This document shows positions 30,975 to 40,693 of a stretch of 64,000 nt of DNA, piece by piece. The stretch is from Patescibacteria group bacterium (GTDB lineage Bacteria > Patescibacteriota > Patescibacteriia > UM-FILTER-42-10): contig JBAYGC010000005.1 of the NCBI GenBank assembly GCA_041666845.1, forward strand, positions 584-64,583. Reading direction: 5' to 3'. The notes beneath the pieces are model-generated. The model was not told the DNA's origin. It saw nothing but the letters and a program-made list of their open reading frames with translations, and did no database searches. Positions within the stretch are counted from its first letter, which is position 1. Every line of letters begins with the position of its first letter. A program made the translations under genes and the position numbers.

Positions 30975-31190
30975 ATGAAAGATATTCTCAACATTGTTCA
31001 GTTAGTAGTGGCGGTCGCTCTAATAATCGCGATTTTACTTCAAAATAAAGGAGCCGGACTCGGTGGTGTTTTTGGCGGTGACGGAAATACCTACTCAACT
31101 AAACGTGGCTTTGAAAAAAACTTACATATAGTTACGATCGTGCTAGCGGTTCTATTTATCTTGTTGGCACTGAGCAACTTCATCATTTAA
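30975..31190 (+). CDS. secG: Preprotein translocase subunit SecG
   Basis: 71 aa, two TM. LLQNKGAGLGGVFGG glycine-rich loop is characteristic of SecG. Confidence 0.8.
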   Translation: MKDILNIVQLVVAVALIIAILLQNKGAGLGGVFGGDGNTYSTKRGFEKNLHIVTIVLAVLFILLALSNFII

Positions 31191-31250
31191 TTTATTGCTT
31201 CCAAGAGGAAGAATTACTTATTCTTAGGTATCCACAAGGAATTATTCAGA

Positions 31251-33161
31251 GTGGGAAAAGAGAACAATACATCAGACGAAAAAATACCGGTTGAAAATAA
31301 ACCTGAAAAAGGTAAGCGGTTTTCAAAAGTTTTTTCAGTTATCAAAAAGAATAAATCAAATAGTGCCGGTTCTTCGGACAGAAATAAATGGATTAAGACG
31401 CAAAAATTAATAGACAAAAAACTGGTAACTTCTTTGAATGATAAGAAAATTCCGACCTATCGCCAGTTTAAATATTTGCCTCGCTATCTTTCCAAAAAAG
31501 AATCAAACATAATCCAAATTGCGTTGTTTGTGTTTGCTGTGTCTTTCATTTTCGTCTTGGTAAGAATATATCAGAATGTAACATACATTATTCCACGACC
31601 GGGCGGTGAATATACGGAAGCGCTGGTCGGATCACCAAAATACATCAATCCGATTCTTTCCCAGACCAATGATACGGATATGGATATCACCAGGCTGGTT
31701 TTTTCCGGTTTGTTGAAAATTAATCCGGATCAGCAGTTGGTTAATGATGTGGCGGAAAGATATGAAATATCTGAAGATCAGAAAGAATATACTTTTTATC
31801 TCCGCAAGGATGTAAAATTTCACGACGGGGAGGATTTGAATGCCGATGATATTCTGTTTACTTTCGAAAGCATTCAGGATGTGAGTTACCGGAGCCCTTT
31901 ATATCTTAATTTCAGTGGTGTAGCACTGCAGAGGGTTGATGATTATACGGTCAAGTTTGTTTTGCAGGAACCATTTACTCCATTTTTGTCCAGTTTGACT
32001 TTCGGCATATTGCCGGAACACATTTGGGCTGAAGTTTCACCTGAATCAACGTATCTTGCCGAATACAATTTAAAACCGATTGGTTCCGGCCCGTTCAGTT
32101 TTAATAACTATACTAAAGACAAAAACGGGAACATTAAATCATACGAGTTAAAAAGATTTGACGGTTATTACAGTGACAAACCATATCTTGACCAAGTCGC
32201 GTTTAAATTCTATTCGGATTCCATCTCAGCTTTGGAAGCGGCGGAAAATAAGCAGGTAGATGGTATCAGCTTTGTCCCCAGTGACGCAAGAGAGGAGCTG
32301 AAAAAGAGGAATGGCAATATTGAGTATTATTCTATGCGCCTGCCCCAGTATACCGCAATATTTTTCAACCAGAAGAACGAATTATTAAAGACCAAAACTG
32401 TCAGAGAGGCGTTGGCGTATGCGGTCAATAAAGTATCAATATTGGAAAATGCTTTAGGTGGGGAAGGCGAAATAATCAACGGTCCGATATTGCCGGGTTA
32501 TATCGGCTACAATCCGGAGATTAAGAAATACGATTTCAATCTGGATGAAGCCAGAAGAATACTGGAAGAAGACGGCTGGAAGTATCCGGAAGTTGCGGAA
32601 GGTGAACCGGCGGCGACTGTTCGTTCAAAAGACGGTGCGGAATTGGCATTTGCGATTTCTACGATCAACTCACCGGAGTATCTGGCAACGCTTAATATAA
32701 TTAAAGAGGCCTGGGAGAGTATCGGAGTACGGTTGGAAGTGAAGGAGTATTCTACAAAGGATATCCAAAAAAGGGTAATCAGCCCGCGTGCTTATGAAGC
32801 ACTGTTGTTCGGAGAGATTGTCGGTACTGATCCGGATCCGTATCCTTTCTGGCATTCTTCACAGAGCAGAGACCCGGGGTTGAACCTGGCCGTATTTTAT
32901 AACAAGGATATTGATCAATTATTGGAAGAAGCAAGAAAAACTAATGATGCAGAACAGCGCCGGTTGAAGTATCTGCATTTTCAGAATATTCTTGCCGATG
33001 AACTTCCCGCAATCTTTTTGTACAATCCCGTATATACATATGGCATAGATGAAAAAGTAAAAGGACTGGCAGGACAATATATTTCGGTGCCTTCAGACCG
33101 TTTCTCGGGTATCGTAAATTGGTTTATTAAAACCAATCGTAAATGGGGGAAAGAGTCATAG
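31251..33161 (+). CDS. ABC transporter substrate-binding protein, family 5 (peptide/nickel type), membrane-anchored
   Basis: GTG start. N-terminal TM, then an SBP_bac_5-like domain of ~520 aa. Confidence 0.75.
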   Translation: MGKENNTSDEKIPVENKPEKGKRFSKVFSVIKKNKSNSAGSSDRNKWIKTQKLIDKKLVTSLNDKKIPTYRQFKYLPRYLSKKESNIIQIALFVFAVSFIFVLVRIYQNVTYIIPRPGGEYTEALVGSPKYINPILSQTNDTDMDITRLVFSGLLKINPDQQLVNDVAERYEISEDQKEYTFYLRKDVKFHDGEDLNADDILFTFESIQDVSYRSPLYLNFSGVALQRVDDYTVKFVLQEPFTPFLSSLTFGILPEHIWAEVSPESTYLAEYNLKPIGSGPFSFNNYTKDKNGNIKSYELKRFDGYYSDKPYLDQVAFKFYSDSISALEAAENKQVDGISFVPSDAREELKKRNGNIEYYSMRLPQYTAIFFNQKNELLKTKTVREALAYAVNKVSILENALGGEGEIINGPILPGYIGYNPEIKKYDFNLDEARRILEEDGWKYPEVAEGEPAATVRSKDGAELAFAISTINSPEYLATLNIIKEAWESIGVRLEVKEYSTKDIQKRVISPRAYEALLFGEIVGTDPDPYPFWHSSQSRDPGLNLAVFYNKDIDQLLEEARKTNDAEQRRLKYLHFQNILADELPAIFLYNPVYTYGIDEKVKGLAGQYISVPSDRFSGIVNWFIKTNRKWGKES

Positions 33162-33198
33162 AATATACAAAGAGTGGTGGTAATAAAGAAAAAAATAT

Positions 33199-33216
33199 GC
33201 CGAAGTGGTGAAACTG
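33199..33216 (+). repeat. Direct duplicate of the first 18 nt of tRNA-Leu (GCCGAAGTGGTGAAACTG), 108 bp upstream of the intact gene
   Basis: Exact match to 33307-33324. It is followed by a structured segment with overlapping 9-bp and 13-bp hairpins. Confidence 0.7.
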
Positions 33217-33306
33217 CCATGAACCACTAAAGGGTTCATGGCTATCACGTACCCTTTAGTGGTACATGATGGTATGGAATAAAATTAATAATCATTGAAA
33301 CAATCT

Positions 33307-33393
33307 GCCGAAGTGGTGAAACTGGTATACACGCAGCGTTCAGGACGCTGTGGGCGCAAGCCCGTGGGAGTTCAACTCTCCCCTTCGGCACCA
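33307..33393 (+). tRNA. tRNA-Leu (anticodon CAG), type II with long variable arm
   Basis: Manual fold: acceptor GCCGAAG/CTTCGGC. D-stem GTG/CAC. Anticodon stem CAGCG/CGCTG with loop TTCAGGA. Variable arm GGGCGCAAGCCC. T-arm GGGAG-TTCAACT-CTCCC. Discriminator A plus an encoded CCA. Confidence 0.85.
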
Positions 33394-33509
33394 GAATATT
33401 AATTTCTAGTGATACTTCCAGTCTCGATATTTTCGGATGAAGTGAAACATCGTCGGGGTTTTAATCCTAATAACTTAAACAACAATAAACAAATTTATTC
33501 AAGTAATTT

Positions 33510-35285
33510 ATGAATCCAAAAAACACAAAACATCGCTCCAGGCAGAATAACCGGATTAGAGTATACCGCTCAGATCCCGCTGAACATAAGCAGGAAAAGA
33601 AAGAAGACACAAGTAAAAGAAACGAGCCTACGCTTAAAGTAATTGTAATGGGTGGAAATGAAGAAGTGGGACGCAATATGACAATTCTGGAATACGGCAA
33701 AGATATTATTATCATCGATATGGGTTTGCAGTTTCCGGAAGAAGATATGCCGGGGATTGACTATATTATTCCGAACATTTCTTACCTCAAAGGAAAAGAA
33801 AAAAATGTTAAAGGAGTGATTATTACGCACGGTCACTATGACCATATCGGTGCGATCCCACATTTAATGAATAAAATCGGTAATCCGCCGATCTATGGCA
33901 GTCCCTTAACATTGGGAATTATCGCCAAGCGCCAGGAAGATTTCAAGCAGAGCGGTAAGCTGAATCTGAATTCAGTCAGTAACAAGGATATTCTCACCAT
34001 TGGCCGGTTTAAAATAGAATTTTTTGGTGTCAGCCATAATATCCCGGGGTCTTTCGGGGTGATCATTAATACTCCGGTCGGACCGATTGTCCACACGGGA
34101 GACTTCAAGCTGGACCTACAGCCGGTTGGTGATGTGGAGCCGGATATCGCCAAGATTGCCAAGTTGGGGGAAAAAAATGTACTAGCCTTGCTGTGTGACA
34201 GCACCAATGCAACTCAGCCGGGACATCAGTTTACAGAGACCGAGATTCAGGGGAACTTAGAAGATATTATCCGGCTGGCTCAGGGCAGAATTATTGTCGG
34301 GACATTCGCCTCGTTACTGATGAGGGTACAGCAGATTATCATGTTGGCGGAAAAATACAACCGTAAAGTTGTAATTGACGGTTACAGTATGAAGACTAAT
34401 ATTGAAATTGCGCAAAAGTTGGGTTATCTGAAAATCAACAAGGGCACTTTATTGCCGATGAGTGAGTTAGAAAATTACCCCAGCCGCAGAATTCTGGTGC
34501 TTTGTACCGGAGCGCAAGGAGAGGGTAGGGCGGTGTTGATGCGTATCGCTAATCGGGAACATAAGGTAATCAGAATCGAACCGGAAGATACGGTTGTATT
34601 CTCATCTTCAGTCGTACCAGGTAATGAAAGATCCGTCCAAAGATTGGTTGATACTTTGTATCGCGAAGGCGCGGAAGTAATCAATTATAAAATGATGGAC
34701 ATCCATGCGGGCGGTCACGCAAAACAGGAAGACCTTAAACTAATCATTAAGTTGATTAACCCGAGATATTTTGTTCCGATTGAAGGCAATCATTCCTTTT
34801 TGAAGGTGCACGCAAAAGTCGCGGAATCAATCGGGTTTGATCCGAAAAAGATTTTTGTCGCGGATAATGGACAAATAATGGAATTTACCAAAACAACCGG
34901 CCGCCTAACATCAAAAAAAGTTCCTTCTGATTATGTGTTTGTGGACGGATTGGGAGTTGGTGATGTTTCTAACGTAGTTTTGAGGGATCGCCGAATGATG
35001 TCCGACGACGGTATGCTGGTTGTAATCGCCACAATCGACGGAAAAACAGGTAATCTGATCGGTAATCCGGATATCATTTCCCGCGGGTTTGTGTATATGA
35101 AAGAGAATAAAAAACTGATTTCAGACACACGTGAGAAGGTCAAAAATCTGCTGAAAGACAAGCACCCGAATTCTTCAGCCAACGATGCGTATATAAAGAA
35201 CAAAATCAGGGATGATATCGGCCAGTTCTTGTTCAGCAAAACGCAAAGACGGCCGATGGTCTTGCCGGTAGTTATTGAAGTATAG
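33510..35285 (+). CDS. rnj: Ribonuclease J
   Basis: Metallo-beta-lactamase motif HGHYDHIG. beta-CASP and C-terminal domain. 591 aa. Confidence 0.9.
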   Translation: MNPKNTKHRSRQNNRIRVYRSDPAEHKQEKKEDTSKRNEPTLKVIVMGGNEEVGRNMTILEYGKDIIIIDMGLQFPEEDMPGIDYIIPNISYLKGKEKNVKGVIITHGHYDHIGAIPHLMNKIGNPPIYGSPLTLGIIAKRQEDFKQSGKLNLNSVSNKDILTIGRFKIEFFGVSHNIPGSFGVIINTPVGPIVHTGDFKLDLQPVGDVEPDIAKIAKLGEKNVLALLCDSTNATQPGHQFTETEIQGNLEDIIRLAQGRIIVGTFASLLMRVQQIIMLAEKYNRKVVIDGYSMKTNIEIAQKLGYLKINKGTLLPMSELENYPSRRILVLCTGAQGEGRAVLMRIANREHKVIRIEPEDTVVFSSSVVPGNERSVQRLVDTLYREGAEVINYKMMDIHAGGHAKQEDLKLIIKLINPRYFVPIEGNHSFLKVHAKVAESIGFDPKKIFVADNGQIMEFTKTTGRLTSKKVPSDYVFVDGLGVGDVSNVVLRDRRMMSDDGMLVVIATIDGKTGNLIGNPDIISRGFVYMKENKKLISDTREKVKNLLKDKHPNSSANDAYIKNKIRDDIGQFLFSKTQRRPMVLPVVIEV

Positions 35286-35297
35286 TTGGGTAGCAGG

Positions 35298-35326
35298 TTG
35301 ACAAAAGCCAGTTTTTAGAGTACAAT
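35298..35326 (+). promoter_or_regulatory. Near-consensus sigma70-type promoter TTGACA-17-TACAAT
   Basis: Read directly: TTGACAaaagccagtttttagagTACAAT. Confidence 0.6.
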
Positions 35327-35352
35327 GAACAGGTAAACACTAATATTACCCA

Positions 35353-35433
35353 ATGTTTGAGGAGGCAAAATTGGTAAATATTAAACAAAAAGGCGCAAAC
35401 CTTTTGGTTACAAATTATAAAAAAAGCTGCTAA
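35353..35433 (+). CDS. Possible 26-codon leader ORF ending inside an intrinsic terminator
   Basis: ATG is 20 nt after the predicted TSS. An in-frame TTG has a GAGGAGG SD 5 nt upstream. The stop is embedded in hairpin AGCTGC-TAACAA-GCAG plus TTTTTTGTTTTT, 30 nt before the 35481 start. Confidence 0.25.
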   Translation: MFEEAKLVNIKQKGANLLVTNYKKSC

Positions 35434-35480
35434 CAAGCAGTTTTTTGTTTTTAAAGTGTAATTTAATTAAATAATAACTA

Positions 35481-38400
35481 ATGAACAAAGCTATGCAAAG
35501 TCTCAAAAAGATCGCCGGGTTTGGCGTATTAGGTTTTTTTGCGATTACCTTGCTTCTCTCGGGAGCAAATATCGCTTTGGCAGAAGATATGCCAAGCCCC
35601 CCGGCCGACACACGTATAACCAGCTTCACAGTTACTCCGGTATCAGCGGCATTGGGGGCGACGACTACATATAACGTCAGTCTTACTTTGAACACGACCG
35701 TAGATGAAATACCGCTTTGGATCGGTGGAACTGGAGTACCGCTAGGAATAAGTTTTAATACTAGCGGTGGCTGTCCACCGGAAGTAGATTGGCGAGCCTG
35801 CAGAGTTGATTTATCGAATGCCTCAATCTCTGGTTTGGCAGGAAGTGTGACGGGAGATACAAATGAAGATAATGTGTATTTTATCGCCGACAATGCACTA
35901 GCAGCCGGCACAATTAATTTTTCTATTACGGGTGTAAAGAATCCGACTTATGGTGGTGGATTATTCAACGGAAAAATACAAATCCAGTCTCCGCAGGTTG
36001 CTGAGGATGAAATGTGGCCAGAGGGAACATCTCCAAACTTTATTTTAGGAGCCGTTTCTTTTTATGGTAAGGTTTTGACCCCCAGTGGAGATCCGATTAA
36101 TGGAGTTGGTGTAAATGTCCGGAATGAAGATTTTTCTTTTAATTATGGTACGGGCGCGTCTCCGGATGGAAGCTTTGCTTTACCGTCAACCGGAATGACG
36201 GCCGGCATGAAATATTATATAGAAATATGGTTGCCAAGCGGCACACAGGGGTATATTGCACCAAGTGCAATACAAAAAACATATACCGGAACTGTACAGA
36301 ATGTCGGCACGATAACTTTAGCCGTAGCTGCAAAAACAATTACGGGTACGGTTAGATATGATACTGGCGGGGCAGTTACCACGGCCAATATTAGGGTTTG
36401 GAATAATAGCGGATCAAGTGCTCAGGCGGATGTAAATGCCAGCGGGCAATATACATTAACCATCGGTGGCGGAAATTGGGAGATGATGGTTGATAAACAA
36501 TATAATGAGAACGGCCCAGTGGAAACGGATTGGGTATACAATGAGAATAAAAAGCAGATTTCGTTTGCTGATAACAATAGCAGTGAATCGCAAACAATGA
36601 ATTTTACTGTTCAGAAAACAAACTCGATAATCAAAGGTTGTGTGAAAACTCCGGATGGACACTTTCTACAGGGCGGATGGGTTGATATTAGAACCGGTGA
36701 CGGTCAAGGTAACGGGGCAGGTATCAATGGACAGAATGGTTGTTTTACCGCCAACGTCAATAATGGCAGTTATAAACTGCAGATCTTTCCGGATAACCAG
36801 AATCCTGATATGGCAAGGTTTTATCTTCCGGAGATGAAAGTAGACATCGCTGACGGACAGACTATTAATCTTGGTAATCTGGTTATGAAAGAAAAAACTT
36901 CCCAGATCAAAGGGAAGGTCATGCTGGAAGACGGTACGGGTGTAGGAGATATACGCGTCGGTTGTTGGCAGAATAATGCGTCGGGTTGGGGTGAATCGGT
37001 TTCCGCGTTTGATGGAACTTATACGCTCTGGCTACAACCGGGCCAATGGCAATGTCAGGCTCAGACCAGTACGGATTCGGATTATATTCCAATCAATGCC
37101 GGCGGGAAAACCAGTATGTATGAGCTAAAAGATAGCACAACCGTCTCGGGGGTAAACCACATTGTTAAATTGGCGGATGCCACGTTAGTTGTTAAAACTG
37201 TCGGTGAAGACGGCAAGGCAATCACCGGCAATGCTTATGGTTGGGCTTATGCTCGCGTAAAAGGGGCAGGCTTTGAGAAAGGATCAGAATTCGGCGGCAA
37301 TCTTGACCGGGGAACGGCTACAATCAAACTGATCGGTGGTAGTACATTTATTGTGGGTGCTTATATGCCTGCTGATCAGGGAGGATATTTGCTCGAAAAA
37401 GAAGTTGAGATAACCGTGCCGAAAAATTCTTCAAAAGAGACAACCTTAACTTTAGTTTTACCGGATGCTGAAATATTTGGATTTTTGAAAGATCAGGATG
37501 GAAAAGTGGTAAAGGGGGTTGAAGCGGAAATATACGCTAATATTGCGGAGAATACGGGTCCGGGCAGTAATCCGGGTGCTTTTACCAGAGTTAATCCTGA
37601 AGATGGAAGTTATAGTCTAAAGGTGCGTGGTGGTAATAAATATGTATTAGGATATTGGTTCAATATGAATGATGAATTTGTCCAAACTCATCCGGACTTT
37701 ACCCCGTTTACTGTACCAGTGGGTGGAAAAGTTCCAAAAATCATTACCGCTTTTCGTGCCAATGCGTCTATTGATGCTATGTTGCTTGATCCGGATGGAA
37801 AGAGTATTGATTTTGGATTCGTATGGTGTTCCAACCAGGTCGCCTTAAAAGATAAAGTCAAAGGTGATTTCGAAGGAGGTAAAGTAATTGAAGCCGGTGG
37901 GGATGTAATAGGCGGTAAGGCACATATTCCATTAATTTTCGGTGAATACGAATGCGGAGCAGGTATGAAATCCGGGGACAGTACCTATATGCCTCCGGAG
38001 AATAAGGTAGTTACAGTAAATTCCGGTGAGTCACAGAAAATTACATTACAATTCCGTGAAGCTGACGCAACTTTATCCGGTTCGGTAAAGCTTGAAGATG
38101 GCAGTGATGTACCATATGGTTGGTGTCATGCCTGGCAGAATGAAGGCGGTTTTTCCGGTGCTGAAGCATTCGACGGGAAAGCCAGTATTCCACTGACGAT
38201 CGGAACATGGTACGTGGGATGTGATTCAAAGATTTCGGGTGATGATAAATTTTATCGGTCTGAAGAGACAAGAGTGGTTGTATCTGAAAAAGGTGAGCTA
38301 AGTAAAAACTTTGTCCTGGCGGAAGCGGCTTTCAATCTACCGGAAGGTCTGACTGAAGTTTTCGATTCCACTATCCAGAAGGTAATTAATTTGCCGGATG

Positions 38401-39854
38401 GCACATCATTGAACATACCAGCAAACGCGCTAGCAACCGAAGGGAATGTAACGCTCATTGCTTCTCCGAATGTAAATGTGTTCCAGACTTCCGATACCAA
38501 GATTCCATTTTATGCCTGGGATTTTGAAGCATTGGACGCAAGTTCTCAGCTTATTTCGGAATTCAGCAGCAATGTAACAATTTCTATTCCTTACGATCCG
38601 TTAGTTCTTGCGGAAATGGGAATTGATGAAAATAATCTGGTGGCCAAGTATTATGATGATACGGCCGGTGCCTGGAAGCTGCCTACCGGTGTTACTGTTG
38701 ATACGGAGGGTAATATTATAGTTGTTCAGGTCAATCATTTTACCAACTACGCGATAACTACCAATGAAACAGGGGTGGGGAATCTCTCAGGCTCCAATGG
38801 ACCTTTCAATTTGGTGGCAACACCAATGTCAGAAGGCGGACCGCAGGTCGGAGTCTTTGATAAAGACGGCAATATGATCGCCACTTGGTTTGCCTATTCA
38901 TCCAGTTTAAGAATGGGTATGACTGTAGAAGTTGCGGATCTGGACGGCGACGGCAATCCGGAGATAATCACTATTCCTGGTGAGGGATTCGACGCTCAAA
39001 TACGCGTATTCGATCAGAACGGCAATGTCTTGAGCCAATTCATGGCATATCCGGCCGGATTCCGAAACGGCGTCAGCGTAACCGCATACGATCTGGACGG
39101 TGACGGCGAAATGGAAATTATCACTGTGCCGAAAGATGCAACTGCCGATGTAAAAGTATTTGATCGTAATGGAAATCTGCTGGCCCGATTCAATGCCTAT
39201 GGATCCAGGTTCATGATGGGTGCTGAAGTGGCAGCCATGGATCTGGACGGTGACGGCACCGGTGAAATAGTAACTTATCCGACTACCGGTTCAGGACAAA
39301 TTCGTGTGTTCGACAAAGACGGCAATGCGTTGTCGCAATTCAACACTTACGGGAATGGTTATCGCAATGGTGTACGTGTAACTCTTTCCGATTTGAACGG
39401 TGACGGTACAGTTGAAATTATCACATCACCTAAAAATGCCGCAGCGCACGTAAAGGTATTCAATAAAGACGGCGGATTGTTAACCCAATTTATGGGTTAT
39501 GCTTCGACCTTTAGAGGTGGAGTGAAAACATATACCGGTGATGTTGACGGCAATGGAATTAATGAAATCGTATTACTGCCTGATACCAATGGTTCCGCTC
39601 AAGCCAGGGTTTTTGACAAGGACGGCAACCTGCTTTCCCAATTCTTCGCCTATCCTTCAGCCATCAGAGGATCGTTCTCTGCGGCTGTGGGAGATCTGGA
39701 CGGCGACGGAGTGGCGGAAATCAGTTTCGGACCGGGTACCGGACTGGGACCGCAAGTGCGTGTGTTTGATAAGGACGGCAATGCGCTGTCACAGTTCTTC
39801 TCACTGCATTCCGGGTACCGTGGTGGGATCAATCTGTCATTAATCAACCAATAA
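35481..39854 (+). CDS. Large secreted surface protein: signal peptide, Ig/carboxypeptidase-regulatory-like beta-sandwich repeats, C-terminal FG-GAP beta-propeller repeats
   Basis: 1457 aa with an N-terminal signal/TM. The C-terminal ~520 aa carry about 10 repeats of ~47 aa with the DLDGDG/DVDGNG Ca-binding motif (VFDKDGN...F.AY...R.G..V...DLDGDG..EII). Confidence 0.8.
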   Translation: MNKAMQSLKKIAGFGVLGFFAITLLLSGANIALAEDMPSPPADTRITSFTVTPVSAALGATTTYNVSLTLNTTVDEIPLWIGGTGVPLGISFNTSGGCPPEVDWRACRVDLSNASISGLAGSVTGDTNEDNVYFIADNALAAGTINFSITGVKNPTYGGGLFNGKIQIQSPQVAEDEMWPEGTSPNFILGAVSFYGKVLTPSGDPINGVGVNVRNEDFSFNYGTGASPDGSFALPSTGMTAGMKYYIEIWLPSGTQGYIAPSAIQKTYTGTVQNVGTITLAVAAKTITGTVRYDTGGAVTTANIRVWNNSGSSAQADVNASGQYTLTIGGGNWEMMVDKQYNENGPVETDWVYNENKKQISFADNNSSESQTMNFTVQKTNSIIKGCVKTPDGHFLQGGWVDIRTGDGQGNGAGINGQNGCFTANVNNGSYKLQIFPDNQNPDMARFYLPEMKVDIADGQTINLGNLVMKEKTSQIKGKVMLEDGTGVGDIRVGCWQNNASGWGESVSAFDGTYTLWLQPGQWQCQAQTSTDSDYIPINAGGKTSMYELKDSTTVSGVNHIVKLADATLVVKTVGEDGKAITGNAYGWAYARVKGAGFEKGSEFGGNLDRGTATIKLIGGSTFIVGAYMPADQGGYLLEKEVEITVPKNSSKETTLTLVLPDAEIFGFLKDQDGKVVKGVEAEIYANIAENTGPGSNPGAFTRVNPEDGSYSLKVRGGNKYVLGYWFNMNDEFVQTHPDFTPFTVPVGGKVPKIITAFRANASIDAMLLDPDGKSIDFGFVWCSNQVALKDKVKGDFEGGKVIEAGGDVIGGKAHIPLIFGEYECGAGMKSGDSTYMPPENKVVTVNSGESQKITLQFREADATLSGSVKLEDGSDVPYGWCHAWQNEGGFSGAEAFDGKASIPLTIGTWYVGCDSKISGDDKFYRSEETRVVVSEKGELSKNFVLAEAAFNLPEGLTEVFDSTIQKVINLPDGTSLNIPANALATEGNVTLIASPNVNVFQTSDTKIPFYAWDFEALDASSQLISEFSSNVTISIPYDPLVLAEMGIDENNLVAKYYDDTAGAWKLPTGVTVDTEGNIIVVQVNHFTNYAITTNETGVGNLSGSNGPFNLVATPMSEGGPQVGVFDKDGNMIATWFAYSSSLRMGMTVEVADLDGDGNPEIITIPGEGFDAQIRVFDQNGNVLSQFMAYPAGFRNGVSVTAYDLDGDGEMEIITVPKDATADVKVFDRNGNLLARFNAYGSRFMMGAEVAAMDLDGDGTGEIVTYPTTGSGQIRVFDKDGNALSQFNTYGNGYRNGVRVTLSDLNGDGTVEIITSPKNAAAHVKVFNKDGGLLTQFMGYASTFRGGVKTYTGDVDGNGINEIVLLPDTNGSAQARVFDKDGNLLSQFFAYPSAIRGSFSAAVGDLDGDGVAEISFGPGTGLGPQVRVFDKDGNALSQFFSLHSGYRGGINLSLINQ

Positions 39855-39893
39855 AACTTAGACTCCCCCTAAAGATAGGGAGAATGTAGAAAA

Positions 39894-39925
39894 TAAAAAC
39901 GCCGCTTGTCCAGCGGGGTTTTTAT
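39894..39925 (+). terminator. Intrinsic terminator after the large surface protein gene
   Basis: CGCCGCTTGTCCAGCGGGG followed by TTTTTATT. Confidence 0.65.
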
Positions 39926-39930
39926 TATAT

Positions 39931-39968
39931 AAAAAAAGTGACCTGGCAGATTTGAAGTCTCTGCCAGG
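39931..39968 (-). terminator. Intrinsic terminator for the minus-strand gene 39997..40497
   Basis: CCTGGCAG-ATTTGAAGTCTC-TGCCAGG, preceded on the + strand by AAAAAAA (a T-run on the minus strand). Confidence 0.7.
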
Positions 39969-39996
39969 CCCACGAAACCAACCCACGATGAAGTGG

Positions 39997-40497
39997 TTAT
40001 TTCCCAAACAGCTTCTTGCGAAGCTCGTAGAAATTGACCACGATCGTGTAGAAAAGAACGTCGGCGAGCACCTTGCCCACCAGCACGCCGAGTAGCATGC
40101 CGAGCATCCCATCCATCATGATTGACTGAGAAGCCAGCATCAATGATGGCCGGATGACTGCGCTGTCAGCGAACTCTGCTGGTCCGTATTCCCAGACCAG
40201 ATTCCAGAAGGTGATCCAGGCAATCCGCCAAGCTGAGGTGTTCTCCCGCCGGTGGAGACGAATCTCCCGGACAATGGCGATGCCGTAGAAACCGACGTTC
40301 TCGCCAACCGTTCCGGCGTAGGAGATGATGATGGGGTTCTTGGTGAAAATCTGAGCAATTATGGCGCCCAGAATGGCTGTGGCCGTCCCGAGGATTTCCT
40401 GCGGAAGATACCGCCGGATCCATTCAGTAATCTTCTGCTTTGCCTTCAGAAGAAACCGTTTGGTGTTCTCGGTCAGCTTGTGCCTTAGTTGTGGCAC
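39997..40497 (-). CDS. Small 4-TM membrane protein, compositionally foreign (GC ~54%)
   Basis: GTG start with a GGGGA SD. Has its own TTGACA-17-TACAAT promoter and its own terminator. Unrelated to the flanking trpS and surface-protein genes. Confidence 0.65.
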   Translation of the reverse strand: MPQLRHKLTENTKRFLLKAKQKITEWIRRYLPQEILGTATAILGAIIAQIFTKNPIIISYAGTVGENVGFYGIAIVREIRLHRRENTSAWRIAWITFWNLVWEYGPAEFADSAVIRPSLMLASQSIMMDGMLGMLLGVLVGKVLADVLFYTIVVNFYELRKKLFGK

Positions 40498-40562
40498 TTT
40501 TTTCCCCTTAGGAAGGAGCTGTCCTATTGTTAAAAAGGGGTTCTACCCTATATTAACCGGAC

Positions 40563-40591
40563 ATTGTATCAGATATTTATGCAAATGTCAA
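40563..40591 (-). promoter_or_regulatory. Consensus-like promoter TTGACA-17-TACAAT on minus strand
   Basis: The reverse complement reads TTGACAtttgcataaatatctgaTACAAT. It lies ~70 nt upstream of the GTG start at 40497. Confidence 0.6.
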
Positions 40592-40693
40592 TGCTAGTGG
40601 AGATAAGATAAAATAGGTATGGTTTAGATTGGGAATGATAATTCTAATTAGTGTATGTCGATTTTTTAAAATATATATGTTAAACTATTATAT

